From Yuukianura sp. NJ FZ-2021 (lineage: Eukaryota): a stretch of 64,000 nt of DNA. Under the pieces are notes generated by a model. The model saw only the letters and a program-made list of their open reading frames with translations. It did not search any database and had not been told where the DNA came from. Position numbers and translations under genes: made by a program. Location: contig CM102285.1 in NCBI GenBank assembly GCA_046563655.1, forward strand, positions 992,001 to 1,056,000, given 5' to 3'. Each line of letters opens with the position of its first letter. Position 1 is the first letter of the stretch. Shown here in pieces: positions 26,601-38,517 of the stretch.

Positions 26601-29600
26601 CAAAAGAAGCCCCTCTGCGTACTTGGAGCTTTACGGTACTCGGCTTGAGCTTTACGGAAATTCAAAAACAGTTCAACTCTTACGTTTCAGAAATGGTTGT
26701 TATTTAGCGGTTAGCTTTCCTAAAGTTATGTTTTGATTGTTTTTAAATAAGCGCCCGGGAAGTGCATGGGTCGGAGTTTTACGGTACTGCTCGACCAGGT
26801 AATTCCTGACCATGCTCATGTTGAATCCACAGGAAAGTTGATTAAAATAGGCGGGTAGGAGGGTAGTCATTAGGCAAGAGATGATTAGTACCTTGGCGCT
26901 GGATTTTAAAATTCAAAAAGAAAACACGTACAGAGGAAGGGAGGGCCCTTGAAGTTTTCTTCCGTTTTGTTTTGTGTGTGGGGGACAGGAGAAGTGGGCC
27001 CTTCAAGTGCCCTCCAACATCTCTCTTCCCTTATAACTACTGTTCATGTTTTCAAGTGAAAAACACAAATAATGACTCTATCACGGGAACAACTTTTCTA
27101 AACAAAAAACATACAAAAACGAATCCTCCAAAATGCGGGTGTTTTGTTCCTTTGTTTGTGTAAACATGGTGGGTTTTAGGGCGGGTATGTTCCATCTGTC
27201 CACTTTGGAAACTCATTTTTAATAAAATATAATATAAAATATTAATATGAAATAATATAAAACTGTGTGCTACTGGTGTTTGAATTCAATGAACTCTGGG
27301 CATTGAATAACATTTTGAAAGGGATTTCGTGCGGGCAGAGATGCGATTCACTGTGAGTGAAGAATCTTGTAAACGGAAGCACTTTTCAAGTGCAGATGCG
27401 CAGAAGCAGGACATGCGGAACGGGCACACAAAAAAATATACTTTTTAAAACTTTTGTGTGCTTTATGTGTGCACAGTGTGCAGAATTATGGTCACACTAT
27501 GTGTGCAAAGCACGACTACAAAAACGGAACAATGAAGTGTAGATTCATGACTTGGTTTGAGGATTACAGTAGTAGAAAAGTAGACCAACTTTTTTTTCCT
27601 GAAAAGAATTTTGCAACACTTCTTAATTACAAGTTCTGCACAAAAAAATTAATTCTGTAGAAGAAAGATTTTTTTAACAAAACATTTTTCACACTTTCCC
27701 ATTTTTTCGTTTTCGTAAAAAAATTAGATTTGGATTAGTTTCTTCTACTTTTGTTTTTTGTAAATCAAGAATTCGATTCTTTTTTCGTCCGTTGTTGGAA
27801 ATCAAAGATTTCGATTTTTTTGTTCGTTTTGTAACAAATCAAAGATTTCGATTTTTTTTGCTCGTTTTTTTTTCTACGTTTTTGGTGCGTGCTATGCTAA
27901 AGTTTACCTTTGTACTTTTTTGTGTAATTTTTGAACGGAAGTTTAGAAAAAAAGCAGAATTTTATTTCAAATATAAAAAACCGTGGAATTGTTTTGAATT
28001 GCATGATTGAGCGCGCATGCGTCAGCAAGAGTTGGCGTTTTTTAATAGAAAAAGAGTGACTGTATAGATTTTCGTTGTTGAAGTAGAAGTGAATCATTTT
28101 CATTACTTTTTGTTCGATTGACTGCGCACGCGTTCAATACAGTTTGCCAACTGCAAATTTTGCAAAAACTTGCCTTTTGTTGGTTTTGCACAGATTGCAA
28201 TTTTTGCCAACTGAAAAAAACTTGAAAGAAAAGCGAATTCAACTGGTCAAGAGAAAAAGTCGAGCGAATTTCTCAGCCGGCCGTGATCGTCTAGTGGTTA
28301 GGACTCCACGTTGTGGCCGTGGCAACGGAGGTTCGACTCCTCCTCACGGCAGTTAATTTTTTTTTCTTGAACTTTTCAAAAAATTTGACATTTCGAAAAA
28401 AAATTGTTAACGAAAAAAATGTTTTTCAAACGAGAAAGTTTAAGTTTGCAATGGAGTCAGGCGGCAGAATTTGAAATTGAAATTTTACTTTCTAGACTAT
28501 AATGAGTTGTACTTTTTAATTTATTTAAATTGTAGGTGTTCATTTCTAAGTGGCTAAAATTAACTCTGAACTTTTGAAAATAAGTTGTTTCAAATTTTTA
28601 GAAAGTTGAAAGTATGAAATCATAATTTCCAAAAGTCATTTTCCTAAATTAAATGAAGTTCTAAGTTCTAAAGTGGATTTTCTAATCTGGATTTACCATC
28701 ATCACAGTAATTTTTGGGAACGGAGTTCATTACAGAGTAATCTCTGTAGTTACAAACATTAAAACCTCAGTTTCTGACTGATTTTCATCTTCTCTGTGCC
28801 ACAATTTGAAATTTGAATAATTTGAATTTTGCCGCTCTCATGCAGAACCCATTCCAAGCTGCCCCACCTTCTCGCTCCAACTTCTCTTTGTTCAAGTTCG
28901 TTCAGGTTGGGTGGAACTAAAGTTCTTCCGGTGCCCTCACAGAGTTCATGTTCAACCAAAAATTTAAACTTTATTGTCCACTGCAAATAGGGACAATAAC
29001 CTAACATTTGAACTATACATTAGTTATATGACCTAATCTGAACATAACCAACCTAATCTGAGCCTAACTAACCTAACATTTCAGTTAGACATTAGTCATG
29101 TGACCTAATCTGAGTCTTGCTAAAACCTAATGTGAATATGCACAACTTTTCCAGGCAAAAATAATTGTTACCGTAAAACTTCTAATAAACGCCCAGTGTT
29201 AGACCTAAAATCTCATATCACACTCCATGTATTTATTCGCGTGTAGTTCTCGCTTATTATTCAGCGACCGTTTATATCAAGGTTGGTAAACAAACAAATC
29301 TACACCAGGTTGTCCAATAACTCGACGTTTTTAATTCTTTCAAATAATTCGCAAAACATGAGTCGCCCTACCATTCTATAGTAATGATTTGGATGTAATT
29401 TAATAGGAATTCCAGGAAATTTGTGGTAAAAAACAGTTTACAGGAAGATTTTTTGCAAAGCCCGAATTATTGGACAACCTTTTTTAGGAAATACAATTTG
29501 TTGTATTTCGCTTGTCAAAGCACCTTAGTTTATGTGAAGTTTTACGGTAACGGAAAAAATCTAAAAACAAAAATTTTTGCACAAATTTGAGTTGACAAAA

Positions 29601-32600
29601 TTTTCTTTTTTCTTTTTTTTTTGTAGGCGTGTCTGGGGCGCAACAATTTGAAAAGCAGCCAGAATACAACGAAGTGAATCCAGGACAGGAAAGTCGTCTC
29701 ACATGCAAAATCCTCAATAAGAAAGGTCAATGTTCCTGGCAGAAGGACAACAAGGTCAGTGACCTCTTGCAAAATTTTGAAGAAAAACTCCAAATTTTGT
29801 AAAAAAAAAAAACTGAAAATTTTACTTTTTTTAAAAAATTTTCAGCCCGTTGGTATTTACCTGGGTAAGTATGAGTGGGCAGGTAACCCTGACGTAGGCG
29901 ACTGCAGTCTGCGCATACTCAGTTCCACTCTGGAGTATGATGATGGCGAATGGGAATGTCAAGTGACAGCGTCCGACTTTGCAGCTCAAGATGCCTTGAC
30001 CTCACGACCTGTCAAGTTGGTCGTCAGAGGTAAGAAACTTCACTTGCGCAATCATTTTTCAAAAAACTTTGTATTTTACCGTAAAATTTCCAATGTCAGG
30101 CCGGGCTTCTATTGGTTTTTGTGCAGTCTAGAACTAACGGCTTTTGGTAGAAGTTTTACACTAATTCAAAGACTTTTGAACATTTTTTTTAAATCTTGAA
30201 CTTTAATCTCGGAATGAGGTGAACCAAAAACTCAAAAGTTTACAGAAAAATCGAATCGAATTTTTTCCCGCCTTAGGGAAATTAAAAGATGAGAGGAGAT
30301 CATCTTTTTTTCTTTCTATTTCAATTTACTATGAAGAAAAGTTTTTTAGCATTAAAATTTCAAAATGAGATTTTTTATGTTGAAATCTATAAAATTTTGA
30401 TTTCTTTTTACAGTTCCACCAAATGCTCCACAAATTGAGTTTAATGGAACGCAGATTTCGATGGGAAAGAATTTAACGATTGAAAGTGGAATTCGCACTT
30501 CAGTAAAATGCATATCACGATACGGCAATCCACCGCCATTTTTAAAATGGTTTGTTGGTAAGAGACAAAAATTATATAAATTATATATTAATTAATTAAA
30601 ATATATTAATTAAAAATGTTGATGTTAGGTGACGATGAGGTGGTCGGTGTGAATCAGACCAATAAGACTGAAGACGACAACTCCAAGAAATGGTCTGCGA
30701 CGTCCGTGCTGGACTACAGTTTTGCCAAATCGCAGAACGGAAAAGGTCTGCGTTGCGTTGCAGTGCATGAAGCTTATCCGACGAAATCCAGACACACGCA
30801 AGTCACTCTTGACGTACAATGTAAATTTACGCAATTTAAAACTTCCGCCTTTTCTGCGACAAAAAGTGTTGACGTAATGCGTATTTTTCTAACGCAGATG
30901 GACCAGACGTAAAAGTGATTGGAGAACCGGAGGGAGATTTGGAAGAAAACAAAACGCCACTGAGTCTGCGTTGTGCCGTAGACGCTAATCCAGCGGCGCA
31001 AGTCAGTTGGAGACGCGTCGGTGGTTCACAAACTTACAGTTTTCAAGTACGCGAAGAAATTTTGAAATTGACGTGTATCATATGTTGATTTTACTGTAAC
31101 TGTGTAAGTTCTATTGAAATTGTACAGGAAACGCTTGAATTCCGACCGCTGCTAAGAAAACATGCAGGAACGTACGTCTGCGACGCAAAAAATTTTCTTG
31201 GAACTGCACAGTCCACACAGATTGTCATCGACGTAAAATGTAAGTTAAAAAAACGCCTTAAGCCTGGTTCACACTGTTTAAAAAAAACTAAGCCTGGTTC
31301 ACACTACAAAAGAACTTAACCCAGCTTCACACTGTTAAGAAAATAATTTAAGCTCGGTTCACACACTTGAAAATTAAAGGCTGGTTCACACTTTAAAAAA
31401 AATTAAAGCGTAGTTCATACTTAAAAAAGCTTAAGTCCCTGTTTACACCCGAGCAGCTTTTTAAGCATAGTTCACACGAAATTTTCAAATTCTCGATTCT
31501 GATTGGTCGATTTCTTTTTTTTTCTTGACCGTGATTGGTTCAGATCCTCCAAAAGTGACAGGAGTGCGTCCTGATGGCCAAGTGAGTGCGAATCTGTACA
31601 ATCGCACAGTTTTGCAATGTCAAGCAGATGGAAACCCCCCTCCGACGTACGAGTGGATCCAGAAAATGGGGGCTTCTGGGGAAGATGCGACCTACATTCG
31701 AGGGAGTGACCCAATGCTCGTCATACACAATGTCACGTACGACTATCAAGGGAAATACTTCTGCAGAGCTTCCAACGTCATAGCAGCTACACAGAGAACC
31801 ACACTATCCAACCCAATTCAACTAAGTGTCTACGGTAAGCACAAAATAAACTAAAAAAGTAGAAAAGTAGAAAATTTTATGTTTTCTTCCACTTTCTCCA
31901 TTACGGGAAACTCCACTCAAAAACTAAAAGAAAGAAAGAGAAAGTTTGTCGGGAGAAAGTAAACCCAAATGCTGTTTTATTACCCTCGATGCCCAACGCT
32001 TACGTCAAAAATTAAACTTCTTACTTTTCGCGCCTAAAATTTTCACGGTTCGTGTCAATGCCATTACTCGTCGTTTTCGCAGAAATTTTGAACTTTAGTT
32101 TAAGTGCATATGCTTTTTTCCAGTATTGAAACGCGTAGGAAAATAACTGAAAATGCAAAGTGAAATGTAAAGTGTAAACTTAGCTTAACTGAAATTGTTT
32201 CCAATTTTTATTGAAAAGATCAAAGACAAAACTTTGTGAGTTTTCTTAAGCTGTAAAAACCGAATATTTTTTTTTCGAAACAGCAAAGTTTTTTTTTGGT
32301 TTTAGCGAAAAAGGAAGGAAGTTTTGAAGTGTTTCCAGGAAATGCTTTTTTCTGGAAGGAACTTCTTCATTTATTCAGTTTACGTAAGAGTCCGTTACTC
32401 CGTTACGTAAAACCTTTATGTCACACGAGGGAACTTCAAACGTAAAAACTTTCTTGGATACGCTTTTTCCAGCCTTAATTCCATTTTAACCCTGTTCACA
32501 TATTACGTACACCACTCAAGTGGGTTGAGGGGGGGGAGGGTGGAAAATTGAGATACTTTCGACTGGAAATACTTGTGGGAGTTAAAAATTATATAAATTT

Positions 32601-34067
32601 AGAACATATTCTAATATAATTATATATTTTGATATATTTAATACATTAATTTTAATATATTATAACATATTTTTGGACAGGGGCGCCCCAAATATTACGC
32701 TACGCAGTTGAACGTGAAGTGGGGGTGGAGAAGGGTGGAATGGCCTTGATGAACATTGCATTTTGCTCAAACCCCGCCCCCTCCAAGGCCGTATGGGAGT
32801 GGGGGTCAGTGCAACTGGAGGCGGGAGTTCTGCAAGGTCGGTTCAAGGCAGACAAAATTCAAAAAGTAAGTTTTCGAAAAAAAAAAAACTTAACTATTTT
32901 TTTGAAGACTAAACTTTAACTAAAATTTTGTTCTGAACTTTTTGTTTTCAATTTTAGACAAACAGAGACGATTGTTATGAAGCAAGAATTCGAATCAGCG
33001 ACGCGGATAACTCTGATTCGCGCCACTACTATCTTAACGTCGAAAACGACCGAGGAATTGACAAGTACTCGACGAATCTGCAAGTGAGAGGTGAGTCTGA
33101 CGCGTCTTCGGCGCATATTCAAATATTTTCAGCGCATGCTTGCAAAAACTGTTGTAGATTTTGTTGTGGCTCTTTCAGATCCAGTGCTGATGTCCACCGT
33201 AATTGGAGTAATCGCTGGATTACTCATACTCCTAGTCTCTGTAGTTTTGATTATACTCTATGCCTTCAAGGCTGACAAGTGGTGCTTTTCACGTACGTCA
33301 CACATTTCAAAAAAAAAAAAAAACTTTTTCTGGAAAATTTCTCATCAAAATGAAATTTCGAAATTGGTTTTTAGAACGTGGAGATTTCAAACCCACTGAC
33401 TTGGAAAGGTAACCAGAAATTTTCCTACGATAAGAAACTGACCAAACGTTTTGTAAGTGTATTCGAGTGTTTTTTTAACGTTGTATCTGCGTAGTGAGAA
33501 GAGTGACCTGGACGGAAGCATCAGAGATGAGCATGCGCAGATCAGAAAAAGCAGTTTCGAGAGCATTCCTCAGGCGGATCTCCATTTTTCACATCCACAT
33601 CACCATCATCTCCATGGCAACACGGCAGTTCCGCACCTTCCAAGAAAGTGCCGAACGCCGCAGCCAATCTTAACTCCGGAGATGCATATTGCAAAAGTAA
33701 AGTAAAAATTTTTGAAAATTTTGAAAATTATGGTTTCTTTGTTGAAAAATTCGAACATAAGAATTTATGCCTAACGTAGGACCAGAAAAGTGAACGCGGA
33801 TTTCGCGGAAGAGCGTATCCAACGGAACCGAAAAAAGACATCAACTACGCAGATCTCCAGTTACCCAAAAGTAGTAACAATGGATCTATGAAAAAGTCAA
33901 GAAATCAACAGTTTTTACATCAACAGCAATATCATCAACACCTACAGCAGCAACAACAGCAACAATATCAACAACAATTTCCTACACAATCTTCGACTAC
34001 AGCTAGACCGCGACAACATGGAGAAGTACAGTTCAAACCAAAAGCAAATGAGCAGGCGGAGGTGTAG
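20676..34067 (+). CDS. Type I membrane protein with five Ig domains (Kirre/Neph-like architecture); first coding exon 20676-20724, next exon at 29627
   Basis: MKCYALFFLPIGLLLQG|VSGAQQFEKQPEYNEVNPGQESRLTC joins in phase 1. Ig motifs DDGEWECQV, GNPPPFLKW, LRCAVDANPAA, CQADGNPPPTYEW and FCSNPAPSKAVWEW; TM VIGVIAGLLILLVSVVLIILYAF; tail with INYADL, a Q-rich run and C-terminal EQAEV*. Confidence 0.85.
23107..23399. mobile_element. TA-flanked Tc1/mariner-type MITE
   Basis: TA|CAGTGCGGTCCAAA ... TTTGGACCACACTG|TA. Confidence 0.68.
24090..24400. repeat. Degenerate ~60-bp tandem repeat (core CGGTTGAAGTAAGGCAGAAC), about 6 units
   Basis: Core recurs near 24094, 24155, 24214, 24275, 24329 and 24385. 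Confidence 0.75.
25290..25515. repeat. Degenerate ~40-bp tandem repeat (TTTGACG...AATGTAACAAAATTTG)
   Basis: Repeated TTTGAC(G/A) and AATGT(A/G)A(C/T)A motifs. Confidence 0.6.
26307..26790. repeat. Cluster of TA-CCGTAAA / GAG(C/T)TTTACGG-TA transposon-like ends
   Basis: Left ends at about 26309 and 26318; right ends GAG(C/T)TTTACGG near 26498, 26636, 26657 and 26784; termini related to 29171-29547. Confidence 0.5.
28280..28351 (+). tRNA. tRNA-His (GTG), intronic in the Ig gene
   Basis: GCCGTGA acceptor stem pairs with TCACGGC-A; A box TAGTGGTTAGG; anticodon arm CCACG-TTGTGGC-CGTGG; T arm GGAGG-TTCGACT-CCTCC; a T-run Pol III terminator follows. Confidence 0.96.
29171..29547. mobile_element. 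TA-flanked MITE with CCGTAAAACTTC TIRs
   Basis: TA|CCGTAAAACTTC ... GAAGTTTTACGG|TA. Confidence 0.65.
31255..31480. repeat. ~30-bp minisatellite (AGCCTGGTTCACACT core) in an Ig gene intron
   Basis: About 7-8 degenerate units; a related CTGGTTCACA duplication occurs at 58467-58545. Confidence 0.7.
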
Positions 34068-35407
34068 CACATGAGTGTTGGTAAAACGTACTTTTAATAT
34101 AACATGATTTACTGTATCATATAATATAATCTAATATATTATTATAATATACGGTAATTAAGTTAAGTAATTACATCAATTTTACGTATTTTTACGTAAT
34201 TACGTAAATTACGTAAATTTACGTCAAAAATACACAAAAATTCTCCATGGATTTTCTAAACAGGAAATGATCTCAATATTGCATGATAGCAAATAAATTG
34301 TTGATGTAAAAAATGTGTATATGTAATGTTAGTGTATTTAGTGGAGCAAAGGACCAAAACCTGTACTACTCGAATGTTAATTTTTAATAATAAGTTTAAT
34401 TATAAAATAATATTATAAGTATGTGTTATTATAATTGCACCGATGACCAGTATTTGACTTGTATAAAACTAAAACAATGTGGTTTATAGCTAACATTGAA
34501 CTTTAAGCGGAGTATTTTTGAATTTTATTCAAACACGTTGTTTCTTACTATACTTATGAAAAATTACATAGCATTATTGATTATGCCACTAAACATAACT
34601 TATCGTTAGTAAATATTAGCCTGTAAATGTTGTTTAACATAATATTTCCGGTGACAAAGTTATCCAAATACCGTAATATTTCCAGAGTTAGCCGAGGGGT
34701 TGTATTTAGTTAACCAGTAAGGACATTAAATTTGCGTTCATCTTATAGAGTTACCAACCAATGTATAAACTACACAAACACGTTTTCATGTAAAAGTTCT
34801 AAAATTTTGAACATTTTTGTATTTTGAGGCAAACCTTCTTACCAAATGAACCTGGAGTTTTTATTCAACTTACCCTACTTTGTTATCACGCAATCTACAA
34901 TAAATCATCATTCTAACAAACATATAACCTGTGCTTGAACTCTGCCCAAGTGTTTGTTGTGTATTTTTTGGGACCTTTTGCAAAGAAAAACATCATAAGT
35001 AAACAAAAACTGAAATTTTTTCAAAAAAAAAACGAGTGAATTAAAATTTTTGCTGAAAACACTTCCATTTTGGCGTGACGTGTTTGAAAGTAGAAATAAG
35101 TTTTGTCACTAACTTTCCAGCACAGAGGTTACAAGTACCTTGGTAACCACAAAAAAACAACACTTTCGAATATAAGTTAATGCGAACAGTTGGTTACCAA
35201 CTTCTCGGAAATTAAACCTTTGAATGACTTCTACAACAATGTTTCCTCGCAAGGAAAAAAAAATCAATAAAGTTTTCGACAAAAAATCGGCCTAAAAAAG
35301 TAAGGAATCAAATATTTCGACTTATTACTTGGATAACTTTTATTTCAGCTTGGAATTTTGACACGACAAAAATTAAGATTTTGAACAATTTTGATTTCCT
35401 ATTACAT

Positions 35408-36558
35408 TTACAGGTGAATTTGGTTTTGGCGATTGGCTTTGCTAGTAGCATAAGAACGGCGACGAAACTTTTCAGTCTTAGCCGTTTCGTACCGCAGACG
35501 ATCAGCCATCTGAATTTTCTTGACCTCCTCCGAATTTTCTCCATAAAGTGGACTGTTCCCAAACTTTTGTTCGCAGTAGCCATAGATATCGCCGTAACCA
35601 ATTTCTAAGCAGTTGTAACCATAGATACGTGTCACTCCTGCGTTACAGATCCAGTCAATCCGGTCGTCACATTGGAGAAAGTAAGTTGGATCGCTGTCGT
35701 TTAGGTGGCCAGATCCAACAAAGATCAGGTTCTTATTCTCTCTGAGGAAGTTCCCGAACTTCTCCTCCGAAAGATGCGTAATACCCGGGTTTCGCTCCAG
35801 ATTCAGACGGATCTCGGTTCTGGAGAAGGTAAATGCAGTGTCGGATATGTTGGCCAACGTCAAGTTGTTACCGTCAAGAGTAACGTACGCAAGGTTTGGA
35901 AGTTTAACAAATGGGAGATAGCCGATGGAATGTAACCCGGCGTTCCGAATGTCCACATTGTTCACGCTTTGAGCGGTGTTGTCAAACGCATGCGCAGGAA
36001 TTTGGGGCAGAATGGTATCATACAAGTTCAGTCCACGCAGTACTTGGAAGTTGTTGAACAGGTCAAAGGCTTCTTCGGTGTCGCGGAATTTCATATAGTT
36101 AATAGTGAGATACTGCGTGGTAGAGTGAGTGCCAGAGAAGGCGGCTGGGTCAATCCGGGTATACGTGTCAGCCGCCCACAACTCCAGAAACTCAGTTTTT
36201 AGTGTCGAAACGGAATGGGCGGGAACCTTTGTAAGAAATTTGACATACAAATTAAAAATCTTAAAATTTTGAAATATTTTGCTCTGAATTAAACCTCTTC
36301 GCCAGGTGAAGTGACCCTGCTGGTAGTTATAAAAACACTAAACACGACTGCATCTGTGTTGTTGAAAGCTTCTGAAATTGCATCGAACGTTGTCTGAATG
36401 TCCCATGTGTCCATGGAGATGATAACGCATTGGATTACGGGACCCAAGTTATCGTCGCTACACATACACTCTGGTGGAAATGTACCAGGGCATCGCAGGA
36501 CCTGCGCAGAACCTGTTAAGATCAGGAGCAGTATACCGATCAAAGTTATTCTAGACAT
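35408..36558 (-). CDS. Secreted LRR protein, tandem copy 5
   Basis: MSRITLIGILLLILTGSAQVLRCPGTFPPECMC...; exon 2 (within ORF 35408-36250) runs from VPAHSVSTLK to QNQIHL*. Confidence 0.88.
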
Positions 36559-37199
36559 GACGCTTTTACGAGTTTGTATGCTCTACTTGTAGGATTGACC
36601 TGAAAACGTTTGTAAGCATTTCAACTGTCCCTAACAGTTTATGTTGTAATTTTTGCCCAAAAGTATAACGTACACAAAACTGATTAGAACATTAAAGTGT
36701 CTGATATTGTCAACTTTTCGAAAACACAAAAACGTTTAATGATTACAGCCTTGTCATTGCAAAGTGTTGATAAAAGTTTAAATAAAATCGCGATGCATTT
36801 TAATCTAAGGTAGATAACGTGAGTCATATTGGAGAAATCACATTCTACGAGTTTTTGCATGCGCAATATTAATAACTATTAATTAATACTAATTGATAAG
36901 TAAAAATTCAAAGTATCAGAGCGGAAGTTTTTTTTTCTTTAAATTTCTTGCTTGTCCCAAGCCTAGTTGTCAATTTTCAACTGTAGATTTCCCGATTTCA
37001 GAAAGTATCTAAATTAGTAAATGAAGTGGCGAACTCTAAATCAGCGGAGTTGAACGTAATATCAAAATAAAAAACGGTTTTGACTTATTATTCGAAACAA
37101 ACGACTTCGAAAAATTAATTAGTTCGGCTTCCTACGGAAACTTTTATTATGACAAGCCAGAAATAAAAAATTTGAGCACCTTTTGGTTTTCATTTATGC

Positions 37200-38369
37200 T
37201 TAAATTGTATTTTGGCGCTTGGCTTTGTGCGTATCATAAGAACGGCGACGAAACTCTTCTTCTATCTTCAGCTTTTGGAACCGCAGACGATCAGCAGTTT
37301 GAATTTTCTCGACCTCTTCCAAATTCTTTCCATAAAGTGGACTGTTTCCAAACTTTTGTTCGCAGTAGTCGTAGATGTCGTGGTAAGCTTTTTCGTGGCA
37401 GCGGTAATCATAGATACGTGTAATTCCTGCTTCGCAGATCCAGTCAACCCGGTCGTCGCAGTAGAGAAAGGAACCTGGATCACACTCGTGGTCTTCAGTT
37501 CCAACAAAGATCGGGTTTCGGTTTCCTCTCAAGAAGTTCCCGAACTTCTCCTCCGGAAGGTACGTAATACCACGGTTACGCTGCAGATTGAGGAGGACAT
37601 CTCTTCTTTTGGAGAAGGTAAATGCCGTATCGGAAATGTTGTCCAAGGTGAACTGGTTACCCTCAAGGTTAATGTCCGTAAGGTTTGAAAGTTCAGCAAA
37701 TGCTAGATCGCCGATGGACTGTACGCCAGCGTCTTGAATTATAATTTTTGTCAAGTTTGGGAGGTCTTTGTAGAACGCATGCGCAGGAATATGGGACAGA
37801 GTGACACCGCCATCCAAGCCCAGGAAACGCAGTACTTGGAAGTTGTTGATCATCTCAAATGCTTCTTCGGCGTCTTCGAAGTCCAATTCACTGATCTCAA
37901 GTACGGTAGTGGTAGAGTAAGTGCCAGAGAAGGCGTCTGGGTCAACCCGGGTATACGTGTGACTCACCCAGAGGCGCAGGTTCTGAATTTTTAGAGTCGA
38001 AATGGAATGGGCGGGAATCTTTGTAAGAAAATGTGAAATAAAAATTAAGAATTAAATTTTTTGAATTTGAATTTTAAATTTTGAATTTTTTTTTCTGATT
38101 TATACCTCTTCGCCAGGTGAAATGACCCTTTGCGGGTCAATCTGAACCTGATTCATGACTGCGTCTGAGTTGTTAAAAGCTTCTGAAATTGCATCGAACG
38201 TTGCTTGAATGTCCCATGTGTCGATGTTGCTGGTAACGCAGTAGATGTAAGGGAGGGTACTGTAAGAATCGCAAGAACATTCTTCTGGAAAGGTGTCTGG
38301 ACACTTCAGCTCTTGCGCAGAAACTCCTAGGATCAGAAGCAGTAGACCAAGGAAAATGGACCGGAACAT
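37200..38369 (-). CDS. Secreted LRR protein, tandem copy 6
   Basis: MFRSIFLGLLLLILGVSAQELKCPDTFPEECSC...; exon 2 runs from IPAHSISTLK to RQNTI*. Confidence 0.88.
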
Positions 38370-38517
38370 GACGATATTTGAACTTAGCAATTTTTCAGCT
38401 TTCTACCACTTTTTTCAGTTTTCCAAAACCTTTTAATAGGATTTTAGTTAGGGTTACGTAATTATTCGGATTTTTTCTCAAACCTATTTGTCGATTTCTA
38501 CTACTGGAAAGGCCGCC

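Noticed and set aside
21372-28242. Many short ORFs in the large first intron of the Ig gene
   Set aside because: Compositionally biased, no motifs, mostly non-ATG starts and no convincing splice-phase chain.
28144-28356. 70-aa ORF ending ...TPRCGRGNGGSTPPHGS
   Set aside because: Translation through the tRNA-His gene.
13176-37994. Recurrent plus-strand ORFs opposite the LRR genes (e.g. 14856-15410, 37212-37688) sharing RKMRNTRVS
   Set aside because: Antisense shadows of the conserved minus-strand coding sequence, with stops at different places in different copies.
12912-38369. Somatic VLR-style cassette assembly
   Set aside because: All six copies are complete genes; no incomplete germline gene or free single-LRR donor cassettes are visible.
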